Positions 34,435-42,500 of a stretch of DNA of 42,500 bases are shown here, one piece after another (position 1 is the stretch's first letter; the number at the start of each line of letters is the position of its first letter). The notes below the pieces were generated by a model that saw only the letters and a program-made list of their open reading frames with translations, was not told the DNA's origin and did not search any database. The position numbers and the translations under genes are program-made. Origin of the DNA: Patescibacteria group bacterium (GTDB lineage Bacteria; Patescibacteriota; Gracilibacteria; BD1-5; UBA6164); the NCBI GenBank assembly GCA_965656795.1, contig CBFHLZ010000002.1:1-42500 (forward strand). Direction: 5' to 3'.

Positions 34435-35959
34435 ATTGAATTTTAGACACTTTCGATACTTCGAAAGCCTGATAAATAAGAGAAAAAGTAGGTGTTCATA
34501 CCTGCTTTTTTTTGTTGATTGGAATTCCTTGTGGAAATATGTTTTTTATCAAGTCTTTTTGATTTTCTAAATTTCATTTTTTCCAGATATCTAAGCTATT
34601 TTTGAACTTTTTAATTTTATTTTTTAGGGGTGTTCAGACATTTTTTAGCTCTTGATTTATTTCTTGAGTTTTTTTCTTTTTTTCGAGTTCTAATTTTTCA
34701 ATTTCTCATTCATAATTTGAAATTAAAATTTCAGATTGAGTATTTCAAATTCTATTAATATAAGTATGAATCTTTTTATCAATTTGTTTAATTTCTTGTT
34801 GTAATTTTTCTTTATAAATAATTTTATCTTTATTTCTTTCTTCTATTTTTTGTTTCACAATATATTCAAAAGCTTCAAAAAACTCATCAGACGGTTTAAT
34901 ATTTTCTAAATAACTTTCAAAATCTTTATGAAAATTATCTCTATTAATTCATTTTCATTTCATTGAAGATTTTTTGGGATATGTATAGTATGGAAATTTT
35001 TCTTTTTTTCATCTACTCCAACCACTACTAAGCATTCCATTTGATTCTTCACAGTATAAGAAACCACGTAAAGGGAAATCTGTGCTGATATCATTTCTAT
35101 TCGCATTGCTTTCTATATATCTTTGTTTTTTAGATTTTGAAATGAGTCTTTGTTGAATTTTTTCATAAGTTTCCATAGAAATAATACCAGAGTGTTTAGC
35201 TTTTCTAAGAGATATATTCCACTTTGGTAATTCTAAATATCCAGTATATAAAACATTTCTGAGTAAATTATTTATAGTCGAAAGAGATTTATAATTTCAT
35301 TTTTTATTTATATCTACAATATGTAATCATTTTTTATGGAAGAATTTAATAAGTTCTGAGGTAGTATCAATAATTCCATTACTATAATCTTCAAATCATT
35401 TTTTGATTACTTTTGCTTTTTGTTCATCTTGAACAACTATTTTTCATCCATTTTTACATTCAGAATAAGTGAATCAAATAGGAACTCTAAAACACCAAAA
35501 TCACTGCTCTAATCTTGCTCTCATTCTACTATTTACTCTTTGTTTATTTTTGTCTTTTTCGTATTGTGCTACTACAACTGAAATATTTTCTTTAAAATCT
35601 CATTCAGGTGATTCTTCAAATTGAAAATTTGGACTTGCTAATTCAACTCATCTTTTTTTGAATTCAGCCTTTAATAAACTATGAACTTGAATATCTCTTG
35701 ATAATCTATTTAAATCTTCAAATATCACTATATAGTTTTGAGATTTATTAGAATCTATATATTTAAATAGCTCCTGTATAGATTTTCTTTCAAATACTCA
35801 TCAACTTACTCATTCGTCATTAAAAACCTTCTCAACCGAAATTCAGAGGGTATTTTCAGCATAATCTCTACACCTTTTCTCTTGTGATGAAAGTCAATTT
35901 CATTCTTTGACCTGTTTTGCAGATGAAACTCTACAATATATTATTCATTTAAGATTCAT
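34400..35959 (-). CDS. large serine recombinase (resolvase catalytic domain + recombinase domain + zinc ribbon/coiled coil)
   Basis: MNLKGIIYCRVSSAKQ (catalytic Ser context), LNRLSRD, YTGY, a Cys-containing CEESNG region and a long coiled coil. 519 aa under code 25, with TAA located inside ssrA. Confidence 0.85.
34488..34513 (+). terminator. ssrA rho-independent terminator
   Basis: GTAGGT-GTTCAT-ACCTGC followed by T8. Lies antisense within the recombinase reading frame. Confidence 0.55.
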
Positions 35960-36503
35960 GATTTGATATTAAGGTATATATATTTTTTTTAAGATTTGGA
36001 TTATCTTTAATAAGTCATAAACTTTCTCATAAAGTTTCAAATTTCTCACATAATTCAGGGTTAATAACTTTTGTACTAATAAATAAGAAATCATATTCAG
36101 ATTTATAAAACATATAAATTCAAAAAGCCATAAAAAGTTTATTATTCAAATCTCAAAATAATGCTTTATGCATTTCAATACATTTATAAATTTGTATTTC
36201 AACAAATCATTCTAATTGAATATCACTATCAATATAATCCTTTTCATCATTACGAGAATGCTTACAAAAATTAGCAAATTTATTAAATTTAAAGAAGAAA
36301 GCTTTCTTTTCTTTTTCGCTTACTTCTGGATTGATTCAATCTTCAAGTCTAAGTCAAATTCATTTTTTTCTATCTAAATCTTCTAAAAGTGTTTTAGTAG
36401 AGTGAATTAGAGTATTAATTGCTATATAGCTTTCATCATTTAAAAATAATTTTATTGCAGTCTCAATTTGTTCTCTAGCAATATCTTCTTTATAGTATTT
36501 CAT
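35949..36503 (-). CDS. hypothetical protein, translationally coupled to the recombinase
   Basis: 184-codon code-25 ORF whose last 11 nt overlap the recombinase ATG (35957-35959). No motif recognised. Confidence 0.6.
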
Positions 36504-36597
36504 AAAAATAATTATTAAATATGTAATTCATTGTCTACATATATTTATATGTAAAATATAAATATTGTAAAGGTATTTTTTAAAGAAGAAGGTAATA

Positions 36598-36714
36598 TTA
36601 ATTACCTTCTAGTGTTTCTATATAAATTTCTGCCAGTTGTGATAAGAGTTGTATAATCTGTTCTTTTTCAGATTCTGTATATCAAGAGGGAAGTAAGTCT
36701 TTAATTTGACTCAT
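36598..36714 (-). CDS. possible 38-aa acidic small protein
   Basis: Its ATG overlaps the last codons of Rep. MSQIKDLLPSGYTESEKEQIIQLLSQLAEIYIETLEGN. The stop lies in the 10-bp perfect hairpin AGAAGGTAAT-ATTA-ATTACCTTCT. Confidence 0.3.
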
Positions 36715-37774
36715 TGATTCTTTCTTCTTGTTTTGCGAATATATATTTTGTTTCTCTTATAGATATTGAATCTATATATTTTTCAGGATCAAAAATATTT
36801 CCCTCTATTCATAACGCTATATCGTGTTTTGTAATATCAGATAATAATAAACATCTGATTAAAATATCAACTGGGCAGGCTCATAATTTTAGAATTGTTT
36901 TTGCATATCATTGAAACGAACTGATATATCTATCTCTAAGAATTTGATTTGCTTGTAACTCTTCGAGATTAATTTTTTTATTGAGTCGTTTTAATTTTTC
37001 TATATCTTGTGTTTTAATTTTTTCAAATAATTTTGTGTGCTTTTCTATATATTTTATAAATAGGTTTAATATATAACTTTTGTCTAATAGGTTATTAATT
37101 TTAAAATTTTTAATTAATTCTGTTCGAAATTCTAATTCTATTCTTGTGATATTATCCTCGAGTAAATAATCTCAATAAAGAACTTGTTTATTTTTCTTTT
37201 TAATATCTTTTATTTTATCGTAGATTCTAATTAGAAGAGCTTTATTATATCTCTTTTGATATTCTCAAATATAGTGTGTTTCTACTTCTCATTTTGCACC
37301 AAAGTATGAAGCTCATTTTTGACTCAAGTCATTAAAATTTTTTAAAATATTATCAATTGGTTTTTTAATATCTATTGCTAAATCGAATCTTTTAAGAGTA
37401 TTAAATCTTTTCCCATTGTTTAAATCGGTTCTATCAAGCATTAAATATGAATCTATAAAATCTATAATTTCATTTAACTCCATTATCTGAAAAGCACTTC
37501 AATAGACTTTGAAATAATCTCGTGTTTCAATTGAAGTATTTAATTTCTTTCAAATATAAAAAGCGAAACAGGGAAAATTATTTTTCCAAAAATCTACTTT
37601 AAATTCATAATCTCTGAGTTTATCACTTTTTTTCAAAGTAAATTCATCAAAGATTAAGTAATCGGTATTACTATTATTTATTCACTCAAGAAGCATTTCA
37701 TAGTTGCAAAAAGTTCCGTAAATTTCAATTTCATCCACATTAAAATTGAATATATCTGATTGTTTTAAAAACAT
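36701..37774 (-). CDS. Rep_trans-like rolling-circle replication initiation protein
   Basis: 357 aa. KRFDLAIDI, THYIGEYQKRYNKALLIRIYDKIKDI and ITRIELEFR follow the RiDlAiD / tvYiG...riYdK / RvElel pattern of the replication initiation factor family. Confidence 0.65.
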
Positions 37775-37872
37775 ATTTATTATATTTAATAAGTAAAAAT
37801 AATACTTATTAAGAATTCTTATACTTTTTCCTTTTATTAAGAGGTTAAAGTAACTACTAGTAATATAAGTTA

Positions 37873-38003
37873 CCCCACTATTATGGATAGTGGGGATTTT
37901 TTCATTTTTTCCATTTATTTTTGTAGTTATTCAAAGATAAATTGGCAAGTTTATTGGTTCAAGGCCGCGAACCAAAACTTGCAATTTATCTTCTCATAAC
38001 TGT
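37873..38003. other. structured non-coding region upstream of Rep (candidate replication origin)
   Basis: CCCCACTAT-TATGG-ATAGTGGGG hairpin (37873-37895). Then a 22-25 bp arm hairpin GATAAATTGGCAAGTTTATTGGTTC-AAGGCCGC-GAACCAAAACTTGCAATTTATC (37936-37990) with a GC-rich loop. Confidence 0.4.
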
Positions 38004-38062
38004 TGGATAGATATGGAAAAAATAAAAAAAGAAATGTAAAAAATTAGCTAATTTCGGAACTT

Positions 38063-38104
38063 AAAAAAAAGCACCTGCAAAAGGATAGACCTTTTGCTAG
38101 TGCT
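38063..38104 (-). terminator. rho-independent terminator of 38158-39168
   Basis: The minus strand reads AGCACTAGCAAAAGG-loop-CCTTTTGCAGGTGCT followed by T8. Confidence 0.6.
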
Positions 38105-38157
38105 TAGTTTATTAATAAGGTTGTAGTATTGAGGTGTACACCTTTTCTAAAATTTTA

Positions 38158-39168
38158 TTAAAAATCTCTATATAATGCTCATCATTTAAACCTTAAAAAA
38201 AGTTTATTTGTTTTAAATCAAGTTTTAAATCTTCTATTGATAGCGTTTTTTGTATCATTTACAATATGAGAACTTTTATAAAATAATTGTATATTATCTG
38301 TTTGTTCTAAATGCTTAAATAAATCAAATTTATCTATTCATATATTTTTATCATTATTTTGAAAAATTTTTACTAACATCATATAAGGCTTTTCATCTTT
38401 TGTAAAACTTATAGAATTTCCATTATATCTCATTATTCATTCTCTTGGGAAAAATTCTACATAATCTTTATGTATTTTTTCTCAAGTTATTTTTTCATAT
38501 AGTTTTACTAAATCTTCTTCTTTACATAAATAGTTTTCTAATTCAGCATCATTAAATAAGTATTCAATTTGTTTTTTAACTGAATTAACTCAATAATCAG
38601 TTTGGATTCTTTCTAAATATTTTCTTGAAAAATCATCTTTAATATTACTTAATCAAAGATAAATTCTTCTATTTCTATTATCTATTTCAGTTATTTCATT
38701 TAAAAAATCTTCACAAATTTTATGATATTCTTCATTCTTAGATACATATATTTCTATAAATCAATAAAGTTCTAAGTTTCTCAAAAATATTTTTCTATTT
38801 TGATGTATAGTCTCAACTTCTTCTTCTCATATATGATGATAATATTCTTTTATATTTTTAGGGATTAGTGTAGTTCATTTATTAACATTAAATATTCCAC
38901 TTTTTCTATCTTTTACATCTATTCATTTATATATAAAATCTCTTAAATCTTTCATAAAGTCAGAGTATTCTTTTATACTTTGAAAATTCATTTGTTTTTC
39001 AAAATCCTTAGCAACATCTTCAAGATATAAACTTTGGGGAATTTTTTTGGCTTTCCTATACTTGGGTATTCATTTTATTAAATCATTTATTACGTCTACA
39101 AATATTAGTTTTTCTATATCTTTAGAATTGTTATATATATCAATTATATTTTTAAAATCTGCTTTCAT
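38158..39168 (-). CDS. hypothetical protein with possible C-terminal winged-helix DNA-binding domain
   Basis: 336 aa under code 25. The C-terminal ISFTKDEKPYMMLVKIF...NAINRRFK resembles OmpR/CadC-type wHTH spacing. The N-terminal 250 aa have no motif. Confidence 0.55.
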
Positions 39169-39370
39169 TAATATAAGTTAAAATTAAATTTTAAATCAAT
39201 TATATTAAATAATGCAAAATAAAAAAGTCCAATCTCCCTTGAGATTTAGACTTTTTTTTATATTTACAAAATATTTAATATATATGTTATTATAAAATGT
39301 AATCTATTGAATGTAGATTTATTGACTACAAAAATTATTATTTAGTTTAATTATCTTAAAAAAAATTATT

Positions 39371-39574
39371 ATGGATATTAAAGAAAAATTATGAAATAGA
39401 ATAAAAGAGATAAGAAAAGAAAAAAATATATCTCAAGAACAATTATGATTTAAATCTAAGTTACATAGAACTTACTTATCATCAGTTGAAAGATGATTAA
39501 AAAATATTTCAGTTGAAAATATAGAAAAAGTAGCTTTAGCTTTATGAGTTGAAGTTAAAGATTTATTTAATTAA
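39371..39574 (+). CDS. XRE-family HTH protein, likely RM controller (C) protein
   Basis: 67 aa. IKEIRKEKNISQEQLGFKSKLHRTYLSSVERG is a canonical HTH_3. Lies immediately upstream of the endonuclease gene. Confidence 0.75.
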
Positions 39575-39584
39575 AAATTAACTT

Positions 39585-40301
39585 ATGAAAAAATTAAATC
39601 ATAATGAGTTGTTAGAAAAATATTGAGAATTAAAAAGTGAATGGGAAAGACAATTAAAATGACTTTGAATAAAATTACCTAAATTAGAAAATTGAGATAA
39701 ATATACTATAGATTCTTTAGTATTAATATACTTTTTTATGAATTTTAGAAAAGTAGTTACTAAGCAACAATTAACAAATTTTGTTCAATTTTATAAGCCA
39801 GAAATCAATGATGTTCAACAATGAAGACATTTATCTCAACAAAAATGATGGTATATAATTTCTTGACAAAGATGAGATGAAAAATGTAAAGAAATGGTAG
39901 TAAAACCTTGAGAGTATATGTTATATTCATTAGAAGAAATGTATCCTTGATATATTTTGAACAGAAAAACAACTTTAAATAATTGAGATTTTGAAGAAAT
40001 AAAAAAAATATATGATTTTAGATGTGCTACTTGTGGTTCAAAAGAATGAGAAGAAAATTTTTTATATAGAGGAAGTATTACAAAACTTGAAAAATGACAT
40101 ATGAATCCTTTAAAAGATTTAACATCAGATAATACAATCCCTCAATGTGATAAATGTAATAAAGCTTATAGAAATTATTTTGAATTTGATAGAAAATGAA
40201 GAGTAAGGTCTGTTACAGATCCAAAGATTATATTAAAATCAGATATTAATATACAAAAAGAAATGTATGAAATATTAAAAAAGAAAATAGATAGTAATTA
40301 A
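39585..40301 (+). CDS. type II restriction endonuclease candidate, HNH (beta-beta-alpha-Me) type
   Basis: 238 aa. CATCGS...GHMNP...PQCDKCN has a Cys4/His arrangement typical of HNH nucleases. Positioned between the C protein and the convergent C5-MTase. Confidence 0.6.
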
Positions 40302-40315
40302 TTACTATCTATTTT
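40284..40315. terminator. perfect 32-bp palindrome at the R/M gene junction
   Basis: AAAATAGATAGTAATT|AATTACTATCTATTTT. Contains both stop codons. Confidence 0.6.
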
Positions 40316-41401
40316 AAATATTTGTTTATTTAGTTCATTCATAATTGCTTTTGATAACAAAGGCGGGACAGCATTTCAAATTTGTAAATTTTTTGTTCAT
40401 CTACTTCATTTAAAAACAAAATTATCTGGAAATGATTGTATTCTTGCTCATTCTCTTGTAGATAGAGGTCTAGAGTGTATAGGATGAATACATCTACTAG
40501 AGGAAGGAGTTCATAAATTTCTAGTTATAGTTGTTGAAGGTTTATCCCACCATAATTTTCAATATGTATTTTTAAATCAAGACTTAGGTTTTATATCAAT
40601 ATATTCATCTCATAAATCTGAAGCACATTGTCAATCCTTTAATACTTCCATTAACTTTATTAAATTTTCTCAATTTTTAGGTTTATCGTGGTCAGATATT
40701 TTGTCATTATTTTTTCTTAAATATTTTTGATAATCATTTTTTGCTTCATCTTTATAAGTTTTTATTCAATTATGATTAATTTCTGGTAAATCAGAAATTG
40801 CATCTGATAAAGTTATATGTTTTTTTTCTCAAGATTTAGGTTTATCAAAATGAGTAGGTTGTGGAAAGTCAAAATCTACTCATACTTTATTACCTATTAT
40901 TATAACTCTTTCTCTTATTTGTGGGACTCAATAATCAGCAGCATTTAATATTTTATATTTTACTTTGTATCATAGTCATTCAAATAGTTCTATAATATAT
41001 TTTAACAACTCTCATCATCACATTGAAGTTAATCATTTAACATTTTCAAATATAAAAGCTTTAGGATTGACTTCTTTTAAAATCCTATAATATTCTTGAA
41101 ATAAGTTTCATCTGTCATCATCCATTAATCTTTTTCAAAGTGTACTATAAGCTTGACAGGGAGGTCATCATATAATTAAATCTACTCATTTAGCTTTATT
41201 TCATAAATCATCTAATATTTTTTTATATGATATGTTTTTAATATCATCATTATAAACTTTTACTCAAGGATGATTATGTTCATAAGTTTCAGCCATATCT
41301 TTTAATATTTCAACAGCTGCAATAATTTTATATTCTTTAGAATGAAAAAAAGGATATGATAATCCTCAGACTCAAGCAAATAAATCAATAGCTTTAATCA
41401 T
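40298..41401 (-). CDS. DNA (cytosine-5)-methyltransferase
   Basis: Motif I DLFAGVGG, motif IV GGPPCQAYS, ENV, QIRERV, and motif X GNAVPP. Most Gly codons are TGA. 367 aa. Confidence 0.92.
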
Positions 41402-41573
41402 TTATATTTTTTAAAATTAATATTTAATTTAATATACTAATTTATTAAAATATTACAAGTTAAAAATGTAATTTATCGAATACATAAAAAATGTTATTAT
41501 TTTACTTTTAGTATTTTGTATTATAATCTAAATTAATATTTATAAATTATATTTTATTTTTTAATAAAAAAAG

Positions 41574-42094
41574 ATGATAATTAAAAGTATAAAAATAGAA
41601 AATTTTAAGTCTATTGAAAATATTGAATTTGATGTAAAAAAATATTGAGATAGTTATACAACTATGCTTCTTTGAATAAATGAATATTGAAAAAGTAATG
41701 TTTTGCAAGCAATGTCTTTTTTAGATACACCGAAAGAAAAATTTGATGATTATATAATTCTGATAATGTTTTTACAATTAGAGATTTAGTCTGAGAAATA
41801 AAGAATGAATGAACAATAGAAGATACCTTATGAATAAATTTTATTGAAAGTTTTTTTAAGAAAAATTATAAGAAAAAATTTTCTAAAGAATCTACACTAG
41901 TTTTTAAAGATGAAAAACCTTTTATTAATCAAATAAAAATATTTTTACAACAAAATAATGAATATAGTGATGAATTTATATTTGATTTTAAAAAAGAAAT
42001 ATCAGAATCTTTTAATCCTACTAAGACAAAACTCAATTCGGATTTTCATTTACTAAAATCATTAATTGATAAAATAGATGAAAAATTATCTTAA
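41574..42094 (+). pseudogene. frameshifted, truncated AAA_15/OLD-like ATPase N-terminal remnant
   Basis: IKSIKIENFKSIENIEF...LLGINEYGKSNVLQAMSF (typical N-terminus and Walker A) ends at TAG 41787-41789. The reading frame continues in another frame to TAA 42092-42094. No Walker B or nuclease part. Confidence 0.5.
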
Positions 42095-42101
42095 TAAAGT
42101 G

Positions 42102-42130
42102 TTCAAATTATCTCTTATAAACTCCACCAA
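42102..42130 (+). repeat. degenerate duplicate of the ssrA 3' end (candidate attR)
   Basis: GTTCAAATTATCTCTTATAAACTCCACCAA versus ssrA GTTCAAATCCCATTAGCTCCACCAA (34410-34435). Confidence 0.5.
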
Positions 42131-42185
42131 ACATGTAAAACAGATGATCTAAAAATATTTTATTTAGAGATCAGTATAAAAATTA

Positions 42186-42228
42186 AAAAGAGATAGGAAA
42201 AATTAATTTCTTGTCTCTTTTTGTTTTT
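42186..42228 (+). terminator. possible terminator
   Basis: AAGAGATAGGAAA...TTTCTTGTCTCTT imperfect stem followed by T-rich sequence. Confidence 0.35.
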
Positions 42229-42282
42229 GCATTTTCTGTTAAATTATAGTATAATAATTACAATAAAAATTACTTTAAAAGT

Positions 42283-42500
42283 ATGTGAGTAGATTTACCA
42301 CCAGTAACATCAGCTGAAATATGATCAGAATTGCAAAAACCTCAAGCCCAAGAGGTTGTTTCAGTATGAGAATGTAAATCTCCTGACTTTCAAAAACAAT
42401 TTGATAAGCTACAAACTCTAACAAAAGAAAAAACTGAAAAACTTCAAGAAGAAATGCAGTATTCAGAGAAGCAAAAAGAAATATTAAGAAAAATTTATTG
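42283..42500 (+). CDS. hypothetical protein, N-terminal part (3' end outside window)
   Basis: ATG 42283, open to the window end under code 25 (MGVDLPPVTSAEIGSELQKPQAQE...). Confidence 0.45.

Larger units (their letters stand above)
34435..42130. mobile_element. ~7.7 kb integrated element at the 3' end of ssrA (serine recombinase + RCR Rep + RM cassette)
   Basis: Starts right after the ssrA CCA. The right end carries a decayed ssrA 3' copy (42102-42130) with the exact 9-mer CTCCACCAA and the T-loop GTTCAAAT. Content is entirely accessory. Confidence 0.7.

Noticed and set aside
41414-41542. 13-nt direct repeat AAATTAATATTTA (41414-41426 and 41530-41542) in the M / ATPase divergent region, considered as operator sites.
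   Set aside because: The region is pure A/T sequence where such matches are expected by chance. There is no symmetry or spacing evidence.
41745-41790. Programmed ribosomal frameshift in the ATPase remnant.
   Set aside because: There is no slippery heptamer or downstream structure. Even the joined product lacks Walker B and effector domains, so decay is the simpler explanation.
1-42500. Taking the supplied six-frame ORF track (60-211 aa pieces) at face value as the gene set.
   Set aside because: The track uses the standard code. Pieces such as 14713-14931 and 15184-15819 (both cysS), or 19253-19627, 20459-20752 and 20753-20944 (all metG), join in frame through TGA codons that align with conserved glycines.
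1-42500. Genetic code 4 (UGA = Trp, Mycoplasma-like) as the explanation for in-frame TGA.
   Set aside because: The TGA positions fall in motifs that require Gly (HIGH, Walker A GxxGxGKT, GGPPC, TVGFGD, GGGKDS). Conserved Trp positions use TGG.
1-42500. CRISPR arrays, rRNA genes, IS elements with terminal inverted repeats.
   Set aside because: No regularly spaced direct repeats, rRNA-like GC-rich blocks or transposase-like ORFs were seen on either strand. The only recombinase is the serine recombinase of the ssrA island.

Overview
This is a visibly AT-rich bacterial chromosome segment that only makes sense under genetic code 25 (UGA = Gly), as in Gracilibacteria/Absconditabacteria-type CPR lineages. 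In-frame TGA sits at invariant glycines of many conserved motifs, so the supplied standard-code ORF track fragments nearly every gene. All coordinates below come from my own code-25 re-translation. Bases 1-33.8 kb are a dense housekeeping block: argS, rel, rpsO, a PBP transpeptidase, tRNA-Leu and tRNA-Phe, cysS, metG, galU, a yvcK-like gene, uvrB, a type IV pilin, a Kv-type K+ channel, an M48 protease, an amidase-SpoIID fusion and two ferredoxins. Small orphan genes are interspersed among them. ssrA (tmRNA, 33968-34434) is followed by a ~7.7 kb integrated element (34435-42130), bounded on the right by a decayed copy of the ssrA 3' end. The element carries a large serine recombinase whose frame runs into ssrA, and a Rep_trans-like rolling-circle initiator next to a long hairpin (candidate origin). 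It also carries two unknown proteins, a C-protein/HNH-endonuclease/C5-methyltransferase RM cassette, and a frameshifted ATPase remnant. Four other points stand out. A GC-rich palindromic element is inserted in-frame in a methyltransferase, with a second copy upstream of uvrB. Two paralogous small acidic proteins have AGGAG Shine-Dalgarno sites and no UGA codons. A stand-alone Rel-type HD hydrolase is paired with an EgtD-like methyltransferase. A PP-loop protein of unknown role sits beside the PBP. No CRISPR array or rRNA was seen. All family calls rest on motifs read by eye, not on database searches.
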